In this document: positions 16,477 through 26,297 of the stretch, piece by piece
Position numbering within the stretch: position 1 is the first letter of the stretch
Layout: each line of letters begins with the position of its first letter
The notes under the pieces: generated by a model
What the model was told of the DNA's origin: nothing
What the model saw: the letters and a program-made list of their open reading frames with translations, nothing else
Database searches by the model: none
Source: Escherichia phage vB_EcoS_fFiEco02
Direction: 5' to 3' (one strand)
Sequence record: NC_073316.1
Length of the DNA stretch: 44,723 nt
Translations under genes and position numbers: made by a program

Positions 16477-18781
16477 TACGGCTTCCCTAATTACCAGAGT
16501 AAAAACAGAAGGCGCCGACGTAGCCGCCAAACAGCTTGACGCTATGGCGTCGTCCGCAGACCGTGCGGATACCGCAGTAAACAAGCTGACCCCGGATGTT
16601 AATAAAGTTAACACAGCCACCTCTAAAGCGGCCTCTGACGGTTTCGCTAAGTTCCGTAACGCCGCCGGGCAGGTTGGCTTCCAGGTGCAGGACATGGTCG
16701 TCCAGTTGCAGTCCGGAACGTCCGCATTCGTAGCGATAGGACAGCAAGGTTCGCAGCTTGCAGGTGCTTTCGGCCCTGGTGGTGCGGTGCTTGGGGCCGT
16801 AATTGCTCTTGCGTCAGCAATCGGCGGTGTCCTGTACAAATCACTAACCGAAGCAGAAGGCAGTTCAAAAGACCTGGAAGCCGCGCAGAAACAGTTAAAA
16901 GACACCTTCCAGCAAACAGCATCCGGCTCTCTCGAACTGACAGACGGCCTTATCCAGCTCACCCAAATCAGCCGAGAAGCGGCGGAGACTCAGCTTGCTC
17001 TGGCTAAGGCTAACGCGGACCTTATCGCACAGCAAACAGCTAAAGCTGTTCGTGAGGACGCGGAATCATGGGAAACATGGAAAGCCTCCACTGCATCAGC
17101 TATTAGCCAGTACGATGCATTGGTTTCTAAGGGTGCTGATGTAGGCGACACTTTAGAAAAACTAGGCGGAACCTACGAGGGTAACATCGTAGGCGTAAAC
17201 ATGCTGGCGCAGAATATCGCGGAGCTTAGCAGTAAGTTCGGGGTTAACCGCGACCGGGCGCTGGAGATGATAGCGGCGCAGAGCGCGTTCAACAAAGAGC
17301 CTATCGCCGAGAATGCCCGTCGCATCGCCGATGTGTTTACCGATTGGCTCGGTAATACAAAACAGTTGAACCCGGAACTTATCCGCCTGACCGACAATGC
17401 CAACAAGAACGCCACGGCACTGGAGAACGCTGAGAAGTCAGCAAACGCGGCCGCAGAGGCCCAAAAGAATCTTGGTCGTAACGTCAACTCAACCACGCAG
17501 AGGTTCCAGGAACAGAACGAAGCTATCGTCAAAAACCAGCAAATCGCCACCCTCGGCGACCGAGAGCGTATCCGAGCGCAAGCTGAACTTGATAAACAGG
17601 CGTTCGCTAAACGTGAAGCGGTCACCAAAGAACAGATAGCCGCATATAACGCGGCCCGGGATGCGGAAGCGCAGCAAGACATCGCTCGCATCGACGCGAC
17701 CGAAAAAGAGAAGGCAGACCGAGAGGCTAAATCAAACGAGAAACGTCTGGCGGCACAAGCCAAACGCGAAGAAGCTGCAGCCGCACGGCAGAAAAAAGCG
17801 GCGGAAGATTTCCTGGCTACTGTCGACCGCACTACTGGAGACGAAATTTCTCGTATCACGGCAGCAGAAGAGCAGAAACTGGCGAAACTTGAAGAGTTCA
17901 ACCGCGCCGGGACGATAAGCCAGCAGCAGTATGAAGATGCCAAAACTCAAATTATGCTCACAGCCGAGCAGGCCAGACAGGAAGAACTGGATAAGAAAAG
18001 AAAAGAGCAGCAGGAAAAGCAGCAGAAAGGCGATGACTTCATGGCCCAGATTATGGGGCAGAACGCCGCCGAGCTTGAGCTTCTCGACATCCAGGAACAG
18101 CAGAAACTGGCTGTCGCAGATAAGTACCGCGAACAGGGTCTGATTAGCGAGAAGCAGTACCAGGCCGCGCTTAACGCCATCAACGAGCAGTACGCCACGA
18201 AACGCGCCGACGCAACGGCAACTGCTTTCGGTAACATGGCTTCAAACATCGGTTCAGCGTTGGGTGAGGCTTCTGGCGCATATAAGGCATTCGCTATTGT
18301 ACAGGCCACTATCGCCACGTACACCGCGGCTATTGAGGCGTATAAGTCAACGGCTGCCATCCCTGTTGTCGGCCCATTCCTGGCCCCTGTAGCCGCTGCC
18401 GCTGCCGTTGGGGCGGGTATGGCGCAGATTTCCGCTATCAGGTCAGCACGTGAACAGGGCGGTCAGTTATCTGCGGGGCAGGCTTCTACTATCGCCGAAC
18501 GTGGTAAACCAGAAGTTATCATGCCCGCTGGTGCGTCACGTGTACGCACTGCGCAGCAGATGAAAGAAATTATGGGACAAAACGGGTCTTCTTCCGGCCC
18601 GTCTAATGTTACTATCGTAAACAACACGAGTTCTCAAATCGGCAACGTATCCACTGAGCAAGATGATGAAGGCCGTTTGCGTATCATCATCGAGGAGCAA
18701 GTAGCTGCGTCTTTGCAGAACAGCAACAGTAAGATTAGCAAGGCCCGCAAGGCCACAAGAAACGCGCCTGGTTTCAAGTAA
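16469..18781 (+). CDS. tail tape measure protein
   Basis: 770 aa, Ala/Gln/Glu-rich coiled-coil sequence, position after chaperones; ATG at 16469 with SD gagggcagagaag. Confidence 0.8.
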   Translation: MADTASLITRVKTEGADVAAKQLDAMASSADRADTAVNKLTPDVNKVNTATSKAASDGFAKFRNAAGQVGFQVQDMVVQLQSGTSAFVAIGQQGSQLAGAFGPGGAVLGAVIALASAIGGVLYKSLTEAEGSSKDLEAAQKQLKDTFQQTASGSLELTDGLIQLTQISREAAETQLALAKANADLIAQQTAKAVREDAESWETWKASTASAISQYDALVSKGADVGDTLEKLGGTYEGNIVGVNMLAQNIAELSSKFGVNRDRALEMIAAQSAFNKEPIAENARRIADVFTDWLGNTKQLNPELIRLTDNANKNATALENAEKSANAAAEAQKNLGRNVNSTTQRFQEQNEAIVKNQQIATLGDRERIRAQAELDKQAFAKREAVTKEQIAAYNAARDAEAQQDIARIDATEKEKADREAKSNEKRLAAQAKREEAAAARQKKAAEDFLATVDRTTGDEISRITAAEEQKLAKLEEFNRAGTISQQQYEDAKTQIMLTAEQARQEELDKKRKEQQEKQQKGDDFMAQIMGQNAAELELLDIQEQQKLAVADKYREQGLISEKQYQAALNAINEQYATKRADATATAFGNMASNIGSALGEASGAYKAFAIVQATIATYTAAIEAYKSTAAIPVVGPFLAPVAAAAAVGAGMAQISAIRSAREQGGQLSAGQASTIAERGKPEVIMPAGASRVRTAQQMKEIMGQNGSSSGPSNVTIVNNTSSQIGNVSTEQDDEGRLRIIIEEQVAASLQNSNSKISKARKATRNAPGFK

Positions 18782-18785
18782 TAAT

Positions 18786-18803
18786 ATGGCCCTTTCGGGC
18801 CAT
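18786..18803. terminator. hairpin between convergent genes (weak terminator)
   Basis: atggccc-tttc-gggccat; no strong U-tract. Confidence 0.35.
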
Positions 18804-18806
18804 AAC

Positions 18807-19553
18807 TTACTCGCTGCGTACTTTTCCGTTACATAGCTCCGTGAACTCAGCTATTATCTCGCTGTTGGCCACCATCCACTCACTGGCCCCATCAAAGTTG
18901 CTTAGCTCCGCCGATACGTGTGCGCGGTGAAAGTATCGCTCTAACATACGGCAACGAGCACCATTAGCGTCTTGGTATACACTAAGCACATGGAACTCAA
19001 ACGGAGTGGAGCGCTCCAGTTGAGCAAGTCGCTGTTTTAACTTGTTAGTAATACCTATTTTAAGGTATTTACCACATGCAGAAAGAAGTCCGTAAATGTA
19101 CCCTGGTTTGTTAGAGTCGTAGCCGTGTTTGGCGCACGACGGACAACCATGCCTGTGCACTAAAATATTATTAACCCCTGTAGCAAACACCCCGTGGTCA
19201 TTACATGCGCGTATCGCTTTGGAGTTTTTGTTTAGGTACGCGCCGCCTTCAAAACCCACGAACGTATATCGAACATCCGCGGATTTTATTTGCTCAATAA
19301 CGGCATCTGTATTCTTGCGGTAGGCAGCCGCCGCGGCTTCTCGACTGCATTTCATACACCCGTGTCCTCCAGAGATGCTACGGGCTATAGCTGAAAATTC
19401 ACCGTGGGACGGGCAAATAAGTCTAATCTTGCTAGTCGAGTCAATGTACTCACTACCATCATAACTTGCGGATATTGTGTACTTCCCGCCGTGTTTCTTT
19501 AAATCTAACTCGACCATTTTCTTCCGTTCTTCCCAACCAATTTTAACGCTCAT
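18807..19553 (-). CDS. GIY-YIG-type nuclease with N-terminal CxxHG…GCxxC zinc-finger repeats (putative homing endonuclease)
   Basis: motif GYIYGLLSACGKYLKIGITNKLKQR (GIY…YIG…R); two repeats CPSHGEF…GCMKC and CNDHGVF…GCPSC; SD aaggaggag; opposite strand inside the tail module. Confidence 0.6.
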   Translation of the reverse strand: MSVKIGWEERKKMVELDLKKHGGKYTISASYDGSEYIDSTSKIRLICPSHGEFSAIARSISGGHGCMKCSREAAAAAYRKNTDAVIEQIKSADVRYTFVGFEGGAYLNKNSKAIRACNDHGVFATGVNNILVHRHGCPSCAKHGYDSNKPGYIYGLLSACGKYLKIGITNKLKQRLAQLERSTPFEFHVLSVYQDANGARCRMLERYFHRAHVSAELSNFDGASEWMVANSEIIAEFTELCNGKVRSE

Positions 19554-19686
19554 ACCTACCTCGCTCCTCCTTGTTGTAGTAGCATGCTATTCGACGACGC
19601 CCTGTTTGGCAACTTAAACGCGGTGACGCTATGCTTCTCACCATGGTAACATTGACCTTAACATCCAATCTATCGAGGTTCTAATA

Positions 19687-20187
19687 ATGGGTGACTTATA
19701 CTTCCCACGTAGCCTTAAGCCAATTGTATCGAAAGGCTACTCGATGACCAGACGTAACAACGTCTGGAGCGTTGATTTAGCCGGTGGCGGGGTGCGCCAG
19801 GGCCGTGACACGTATTACGACGTGTTCCCGATAAGCGTAACCCTGATTACCTCAGCACTAGGGCGGCAGGCGTTTCTGTCGTTCCTTGAGAAAGTCGATG
19901 GTGGTGCTTCAAGTTTCTGGATGGCGCATGACTTCGGCATGGGTATCGAGGATTATCAGGTAACTATCACGTCAACCATCGCAGAGTCCACAGAAGATGG
20001 CATTAACTGGACGATTACTTTCACGGCAACCGTTGAGAAATCGCCGTTCCAGGATGAGGATAACCAGTGCCTTGTCAACAATCTGCCTGATTTGTATGGC
20101 TGCTATGGTGACAGGCTAGGATGTTTCCTTAAAGCCTACGGAACTGCACAATCAACGTTTCCACGAATTTGGGACCCGATGCAATGA
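19687..20187 (+). CDS. minor tail protein (distal tail, gpM-like position)
   Basis: 166 aa, first gene after tape measure. Confidence 0.45.
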   Translation: MGDLYFPRSLKPIVSKGYSMTRRNNVWSVDLAGGGVRQGRDTYYDVFPISVTLITSALGRQAFLSFLEKVDGGASSFWMAHDFGMGIEDYQVTITSTIAESTEDGINWTITFTATVEKSPFQDEDNQCLVNNLPDLYGCYGDRLGCFLKAYGTAQSTFPRIWDPMQ

Positions 20188-20699
20188 GCCAGGAATCAGT
20201 AGAAGCCGCCTATCGCCGTAAGCTGGCCTCAAATCCCGACGGCGAGATGGACTACATCACGTTGCAAATCAGCCACCCGTTGCTGTCGAAGACGTACTAT
20301 CTTGTTCGAGGGCTACAGGAACTTACGGCAACACTGGAGACAGGCGAAACAATCACGTTCGAGCCAACACCGATGGAAGCGTCGGGAGCCGCTAACAATA
20401 ACGACATGGACCAGACGACGACGTTTACACTTCCTGACGTCGGAAATTTACTGGACGATGAACTGGATAATATTCCGATGGATAGTACTGAGTTGCCGAA
20501 GTTCATATTTCGCCGTTATGTCAGCACCGACCTGTCTTACCCGGCAGACGGCCCTGTGGCATACGAGGCGCAGACCATAGCTCAGGACAAGGGGCGATTC
20601 TCCGCTAATTTAGGGACACCTATGCTTAACCAACGAAGCACTGGTATACTCATGACACCTAAAGAGATACCTTTATTACGCGGCCTGTTAATAACATGA
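20184..20699 (+). CDS. minor tail protein (gpL-like position)
   Basis: ATG at 20184 overlaps the upstream stop (ATGA). Confidence 0.45.
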   Translation: MSQESVEAAYRRKLASNPDGEMDYITLQISHPLLSKTYYLVRGLQELTATLETGETITFEPTPMEASGAANNNDMDQTTTFTLPDVGNLLDDELDNIPMDSTELPKFIFRRYVSTDLSYPADGPVAYEAQTIAQDKGRFSANLGTPMLNQRSTGILMTPKEIPLLRGLLIT

Positions 20700-21061
20700 A
20701 CATTAACGACTACACGGGAATACCTTACGACTTTCGCAAACGCAATTGCTGGCATCACGTGCGTATTGTCCGTGCGGATGCCGGGTTAGCCACACCGGCG
20801 TTCGACGCTACAAGCCCAACGGCAATTAACGACGCGTTTGACGAAGGGCATCGCAACACGAAGGGGCTTACGAAAATTGATAAGCCTGAGAACTTGTGCG
20901 CGGTTCTTATGGGTAGGCGCCGCGGCGGCAGAATCGTGTGGCACGCCGGGGTCTACTTTGACGGAATGGTGAGTCATTGCGAGATGGCCTCCCGTCAGGT
21001 ACGGCTAGACCGGCTTGTTGACCTGAGCGACCTGTACACGGAGATTGAATTTTGGCGATAA
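20696..21061 (+). CDS. tail assembly protein with NlpC/P60-like motif (gpK-like)
   Basis: 121 aa; Cys in NCWHH and His in WHAGVYF consistent with an NlpC/P60 Cys-His pair. Confidence 0.5.
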   Translation: MNINDYTGIPYDFRKRNCWHHVRIVRADAGLATPAFDATSPTAINDAFDEGHRNTKGLTKIDKPENLCAVLMGRRRGGRIVWHAGVYFDGMVSHCEMASRQVRLDRLVDLSDLYTEIEFWR

Positions 21062-23598
21062 TCCTGCACTACACGCGAAATGCTAACGGTGTTTTCGACC
21101 GCACAAAACACGTCGGGATGCCGATGGAGTTTGTCGTTAACCGTATTCCTGACGGCGTGCCTGTGCGCGTCTACCTCGGCGAAATTGGTGATGATACAGA
21201 CGTAACGGACGACTTCGAAGCGCTTAAAGACGAAGACGCGGTGTATCACATAGTAGAAGGAGCTGGTGGGGGTGCGCTTGTAGTAGGTGCGCTTGTTGCG
21301 TTGGTCGTCGTCGCGGCTACGGTTTTACTAACTAAGAAACCGAATCTGGCGGTAACAGCGACAAATAACCAAGCAAAATCCGCTAATAACAGCCTTACTG
21401 ACCGCTCCAACAAGCCGCGTCCTTACGAGCGCTCCTATGACATCTGCGGGACTGTGCAGACAATCCCTAATGACCTGATGCAGACGTATAAGGCGTTCGA
21501 CAATATCGGGAATTTACTAGAATACTCGTACTATGACGCCGGGCGGGGGCATCTACATATTGAGGCTGATGGGGTCACAGAGGGCGATACCCTGATAAGT
21601 GACATCACAGGCTCCTCTGTTGCCGTGTATGCGCCATATACCTCCCCGAACAACACCACATCTCCGCAGCTACAAATCGGGGACGTCATTGACCAGAAAC
21701 TCTATGTGACATACTCCAACGACGACGTCGACGGTATTGTACTGAAAGCGCCAAACGACATCGGGGCTAACCCAAGCGCCGATGGCACCGCGAAACGTAT
21801 TTCAAACACCGGCTACATCTATGACCCGTCGGGTGACTCCGCTTTTTCTGAGTTTCTTAGCGTCGGTGATGTCGCGGTGCTGAGCAACTTTGACGTTGCA
21901 GGCGTCACTAACCTTAACGGCTCGTTTGAGGTTTTATATGTCGATGACTTCGAAGTAAGACTGGCGGTGAATGGTGCTTCTAATTGGGACGCGTTAACCA
22001 GTGGGCAGACGTATACCTTAACAGAGCGTTCTGATACTTTCATTGGTCCGAGAGACACCTACGACGTATCCCTGACCGACTGGTATTACATGGTGCGCGG
22101 AGAAGTTGACCGGGTGCTTGCTAACGTTGCCGGGCAGAACGGCCTCTACAAATACGACGGTGGTTATAGCCGAGCCAATGTAACCGTAGAACTCCAGTAC
22201 CAGATGATCGATTCTCAGCGTAACCCGATTGGTGATATCTACACCGTACAAGGCACCGTTACCGGTAATAGCACGGATTACGTTGGCACGTCTATCTACG
22301 GGCAATTGCCTACTGCATCGCGTTTCCGCGCCCGTATGCGTCGTATAACGAATTTTGATAAGGACTACGACGGTACCGTAAGCGATGAGATAACATTCAT
22401 CAACCTGTACGGGCAGTCTCTGGACACAACCCCGCACTACGGCAACCGGACAACAGTACATTGCACCCGTAAACAGACACCGCGGGCCACTAGTATTGAC
22501 AACCCTGAACTGCGCATGATTGCGACTGAGATGTGTTACAAATACCTCGGAAATGGGGTATTCGATACTGTAATGACCCCGAACACGCAGGCGGTGCAAT
22601 CACTAATTCGACTGGCCCGCGACCCGGCGGTAGGTAACTTAGAACTGACAACCGCAAACATGGACAAGTTACTTGCCGTGCAGGAAGAGATTGAGTCCTA
22701 TTTTGGCAGCGAATTAGCGGGACAATTCTGCTACACGTTCGACGACTACGACACCACGATGCAGGACATCGTTCAGACTATAGCCGAAGCCGTGTTTTGT
22801 ACTGCGTACCGTAAAGGCGCAGACATTATGCTGCGTTTCGACCGTCCGGTTGCAGGGCCTGAAATGGTGTTCACCCACCGCAGTAAAACTACCGGTACAG
22901 AGAAATGGACGCGCACATTCAACGATTCTACTACCTACGATAGCCTGTCGTTCTCGTACATCGACCCGGATACAAACGTACAGGAAACTATTTATATCCC
23001 GGAAGAACTCGGTGCAAACACTGAGGAATACGAATCGAAAGGCGTGCGCAACTATCAGCAGGCGTACTGGCTGGCGTGGCGTCGCTATCAGCGCAATGCG
23101 TTAAGTAAAGTTGTCGTAGAGTTCGAAGCTACCGAAGAGGGGGCACTCGCTACACCGGGCGGCGTAATCAGTGTCGTTAAAGGCTCGCGTATCGCGCCGC
23201 AGGATGGCTATGTTGTTGCCGTTAATGGGCTTACGCTGACACTGTCACAGCCGGTTACGTTTACCCCCGGCGATGACCACTCCATCATCCTCAAGAAGCG
23301 CGATGGCTCCGTGCAGAGTATTTCTGTTATCAAAGGAAACCACGACCGCGAAGTGATTATGCTCTCCGCGCCGGAGGAAGCAATATACACGGGGAATAGC
23401 GCACTAAAAACTGAGTTTTCATTCGGCAACGAAGCAAGGCATAATGCACAGAAGATAGTTGTTTCTTCAATCGACCCGGGCGACGACCGCACGGTCAAGA
23501 TTACAGGCTACAACTATGACGACGGATTCTATAAATACGACGGCGTCGCTCCATACGGTAGCGGTTTCTCCGACGGATTCAGCAATGGTTTTAATTAA
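21052..23598 (+). CDS. tail tip / host-specificity protein (gpI/J-like)
   Basis: 848 aa; hydrophobic segment near N-terminus; position after the K-like gene; start uncertain (non-ATG at 21052 or ATG at 21121). Confidence 0.55.
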   Translation: MAIILHYTRNANGVFDRTKHVGMPMEFVVNRIPDGVPVRVYLGEIGDDTDVTDDFEALKDEDAVYHIVEGAGGGALVVGALVALVVVAATVLLTKKPNLAVTATNNQAKSANNSLTDRSNKPRPYERSYDICGTVQTIPNDLMQTYKAFDNIGNLLEYSYYDAGRGHLHIEADGVTEGDTLISDITGSSVAVYAPYTSPNNTTSPQLQIGDVIDQKLYVTYSNDDVDGIVLKAPNDIGANPSADGTAKRISNTGYIYDPSGDSAFSEFLSVGDVAVLSNFDVAGVTNLNGSFEVLYVDDFEVRLAVNGASNWDALTSGQTYTLTERSDTFIGPRDTYDVSLTDWYYMVRGEVDRVLANVAGQNGLYKYDGGYSRANVTVELQYQMIDSQRNPIGDIYTVQGTVTGNSTDYVGTSIYGQLPTASRFRARMRRITNFDKDYDGTVSDEITFINLYGQSLDTTPHYGNRTTVHCTRKQTPRATSIDNPELRMIATEMCYKYLGNGVFDTVMTPNTQAVQSLIRLARDPAVGNLELTTANMDKLLAVQEEIESYFGSELAGQFCYTFDDYDTTMQDIVQTIAEAVFCTAYRKGADIMLRFDRPVAGPEMVFTHRSKTTGTEKWTRTFNDSTTYDSLSFSYIDPDTNVQETIYIPEELGANTEEYESKGVRNYQQAYWLAWRRYQRNALSKVVVEFEATEEGALATPGGVISVVKGSRIAPQDGYVVAVNGLTLTLSQPVTFTPGDDHSIILKKRDGSVQSISVIKGNHDREVIMLSAPEEAIYTGNSALKTEFSFGNEARHNAQKIVVSSIDPGDDRTVKITGYNYDDGFYKYDGVAPYGSGFSDGFSNGFN

Positions 23599-23610
23599 AG
23601 AGGACTCTAT

Positions 23611-25947
23611 ATGTCAAGCGGATGCGGTGACGTTTTAAGCCTGGCGGATTTACAGACCGCCAAGAAACACCAGATTTTCGAAGCCGAGGTTATCACCGGC
23701 AAATCCGGCGGTGTTGCAGGTGGCGCCGATATTGATTACGCGACAAATGCCGTTACAGGGCAGACCCAAAAGACGTTACCAGCCGTGTTGCGTGACGCTG
23801 GTTTTTCTCCGGTGTCATGGGACTTTTCCACTGGTGGTACGTTAACCGCTAATGACCGCGACAAAGTGGTGTATGACCCTGTAAGCAAGACGTGGTACTC
23901 GTATACCGGGACTCTGCCGGTTGTTGTCCCCGCATCGTTTAACCCGGTTGGTAACGCTAACTGGAAGCCGCAGACTGACCCGGATTTGCGCAATGATTTA
24001 TCCAGCACAGACAATGCGACATTAGGTGATGCCATGGTCGGCGTCCGACAACCATTTACCGACGCTGTCGGCAGGACGCAACACGATAAAAATAGAGAAG
24101 TAGTTTCCGTTCTGGACTTCTATTTAGGTACTGACCCTGATTACACAAACGCCCTTAACCGAGCGCTTACAGCTAGTAACGGGGTGCTTGTACCGCAAGG
24201 GGAGTATAGTACGTCGCTACTCTCCCACCCGACATGCTCTCTATTCGGAACAGGGGGTGGGGTTTTAAAACAATCAAACGATTCTGGAAACCACTTAATC
24301 TTTGATAAACCTGCAGGAGGGCTACTTAGCACCCTGAGTATTGTAGGAAATAAGGCAACGGACTCCACACAGGGTCAGCAGGTTTCCTTCGCCGGTGGGC
24401 AGGACGTTACTATTAAAGGTATTGATTTTAAAAATGCAAAGGGAACTGGATTTAGTTTAATAGCATACCCTAGTGGTGGGGGTCCGTCTGGATACATTGT
24501 AAGCGGCATACGGGGCGACTACTCCGGGTATGCTACAAATAAAACAGCGGGGTGCGTGATGTTTGAGTCCGCAAGTAATACTATAATCAACGATGTTATC
24601 GCCCGAAACTACCCCCAATTCGGGGCGGTTGAGTTGAAAACAGATGCTAAATGTAATGTTGTTAGTGGCGTCATTGGGCAAAGCTGTCAGCACGTTGTTT
24701 ATAATGGCACCGAGACGACCAATGCCCCTAGCAGTAATATTATCAGTAATGTTGTTGCTAATAACGCTAAGTATGCCGCTGTGGTCGCCGGCAAGGGTTC
24801 AGGTAATCTGGTGACAAATGTCGTAGCTGATTACTCCTCCTCCGAGGCCACGCAGGCACACGGCGTTACAATACAAGGCGACTATAATGCCGCTGATAAT
24901 ATTCTAATGGTTGGGTGCAGCGGAACTAATAGTTTAGGGCAAACGCAAACCGCGACTTCTATTAGGTTTTCAGACGGAGCTAGTAATAACTACGCATCGG
25001 TTTTCCCTATGTATAGTGCTTCCGGGGTTGTTACACTAGCGACAGGGGCTACCCGTAACTTTGTGGAAGTAAAGCACCCTGGACCCAAGAACAGTCTTCT
25101 TAGTTCACTATCTACTATAACCGGGGTCTCTAGCATTGATGGTACTGCCACCAGTAACGTGGTACACGCCCCCGCTATAGGACAATACATAGGGTCCATG
25201 TCCGGTAGGTTTGAGTGGTTCACTAAGTATATAGATACTTCTGCATTGCCTTTTGTGACAGCTGATAAATTCAGACTAATTTCCGATGGGGCTACATCTT
25301 TGGCTATTGGGGGAGGTACGACCTCTCAGATAAGATTACTCACATCTGATGGTACTTTTCGAACTATTTCTCTGGTTAATGGTAATTTACGCTTAGCCTC
25401 TGACACATCGGCGTATATTCAAATAGCCCCGACGGGTATTACACCATCCAGCGCAAACACCGTCGCTATCGGGTCGGCAAGTCGCGCTTTGTCCGGCGGA
25501 TTCACTCAAACAGCGTTTACGGTTACGTCCGACGAGAGAGCCAAGACACTACCCCTGGAATTAACTGACGCTATGTTAGACGCTTGGGCTGAAGTTAATT
25601 TAGTTCAATATAAGTACCTGGATAGGGTTGCAGAGAAGGGGGAGGATGCAGCTAGGTGGCACTTTGGAGTAGTAGCCCAACGAGCAATTGAGGCGTTTAC
25701 CCGGCACGGGTTGGACGCGACTAAGTACGGTTTCCTGTGCTACGATAAGTGGGAAGCGTCTCCGGAAATTATTGATGAGGAATCTGGGGAAGTATTAACA
25801 AAAGCTACGGCGGCAGGGGAGCGGTATGGTATTCGTTATGATGAGGTATTGATATTAGAGGCTGCGTTACAGCGACGTAAAGCAGCTCAGTTAGAGAAAA
25901 GGATTATAGCGCTTGAGGCATTAGTGGCTACCCTGACAAACAGTTAA
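23611..25947 (+). CDS. tailspike / tail fiber with beta-helix and C-terminal S74-type intramolecular chaperone
   Basis: 778 aa; central region with repetitive beta-helix-like short strands; C-terminal TVTSDERAKTLPLELTDAMLDAWAEVNLVQYKY… resembles the auto-cleaving chaperone of endosialidases and T5 L-shaped fibers. Confidence 0.7.
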   Translation: MSSGCGDVLSLADLQTAKKHQIFEAEVITGKSGGVAGGADIDYATNAVTGQTQKTLPAVLRDAGFSPVSWDFSTGGTLTANDRDKVVYDPVSKTWYSYTGTLPVVVPASFNPVGNANWKPQTDPDLRNDLSSTDNATLGDAMVGVRQPFTDAVGRTQHDKNREVVSVLDFYLGTDPDYTNALNRALTASNGVLVPQGEYSTSLLSHPTCSLFGTGGGVLKQSNDSGNHLIFDKPAGGLLSTLSIVGNKATDSTQGQQVSFAGGQDVTIKGIDFKNAKGTGFSLIAYPSGGGPSGYIVSGIRGDYSGYATNKTAGCVMFESASNTIINDVIARNYPQFGAVELKTDAKCNVVSGVIGQSCQHVVYNGTETTNAPSSNIISNVVANNAKYAAVVAGKGSGNLVTNVVADYSSSEATQAHGVTIQGDYNAADNILMVGCSGTNSLGQTQTATSIRFSDGASNNYASVFPMYSASGVVTLATGATRNFVEVKHPGPKNSLLSSLSTITGVSSIDGTATSNVVHAPAIGQYIGSMSGRFEWFTKYIDTSALPFVTADKFRLISDGATSLAIGGGTTSQIRLLTSDGTFRTISLVNGNLRLASDTSAYIQIAPTGITPSSANTVAIGSASRALSGGFTQTAFTVTSDERAKTLPLELTDAMLDAWAEVNLVQYKYLDRVAEKGEDAARWHFGVVAQRAIEAFTRHGLDATKYGFLCYDKWEASPEIIDEESGEVLTKATAAGERYGIRYDEVLILEAALQRRKAAQLEKRIIALEALVATLTNS

Positions 25948-25953
25948 ATAAAC

Positions 25954-25979
25954 AAGGCCCCGTTTGGGGCCTTTTCTCT
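25954..25979. terminator. bidirectional terminator at the late/replication convergence point
   Basis: hairpin aaggcccc-gttt-ggggcctt + ttctct. Confidence 0.55.
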
Positions 25980-26111
25980 ACTCTTCTGATAGCTTCTCCA
26001 GTATGAAAGCAAGTTGCGCATTAGCGGCGTCTCTCTGCTGACGTAGTCGTAGAACCTCTTCTTCCAGTTCCTTGATACGTTTTTGCAATGCCGGAATCGG
26101 GGCTATGATGT

Positions 26112-26297
26112 TCATTTCTTACCTTCGCTTTTCTTGAAACTGCGCTTTATGTCCGGCAGCGTGTAGCAGCGTGACTTTTCGTATTTACCGTCCGAGCTTA
26201 CCAAGACAAAGCTGTTGCCGTCTTTTGATATGTACTCGATGGTGAAAGTATTGAATGAATGTACGCTGTATATTTCATTGCCAACATTAAGTTTCAT
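26112..26297 (-). CDS. hypothetical small protein
   Basis: 61 aa, last gene of the - strand module. Confidence 0.4.
   Translation of the reverse strand: MKLNVGNEIYSVHSFNTFTIEYISKDGNSFVLVSSDGKYEKSRCYTLPDIKRSFKKSEGKK

Noticed and set aside
17173-17943. 256-aa ORF on the - strand inside the tape measure gene
   Set aside because: Antisense to a long, well-supported gene; Ala/Ser/Cys-rich low-complexity translation typical of the reverse frame of Ala/Glu/Gln-rich coding sequence; no RBS context.
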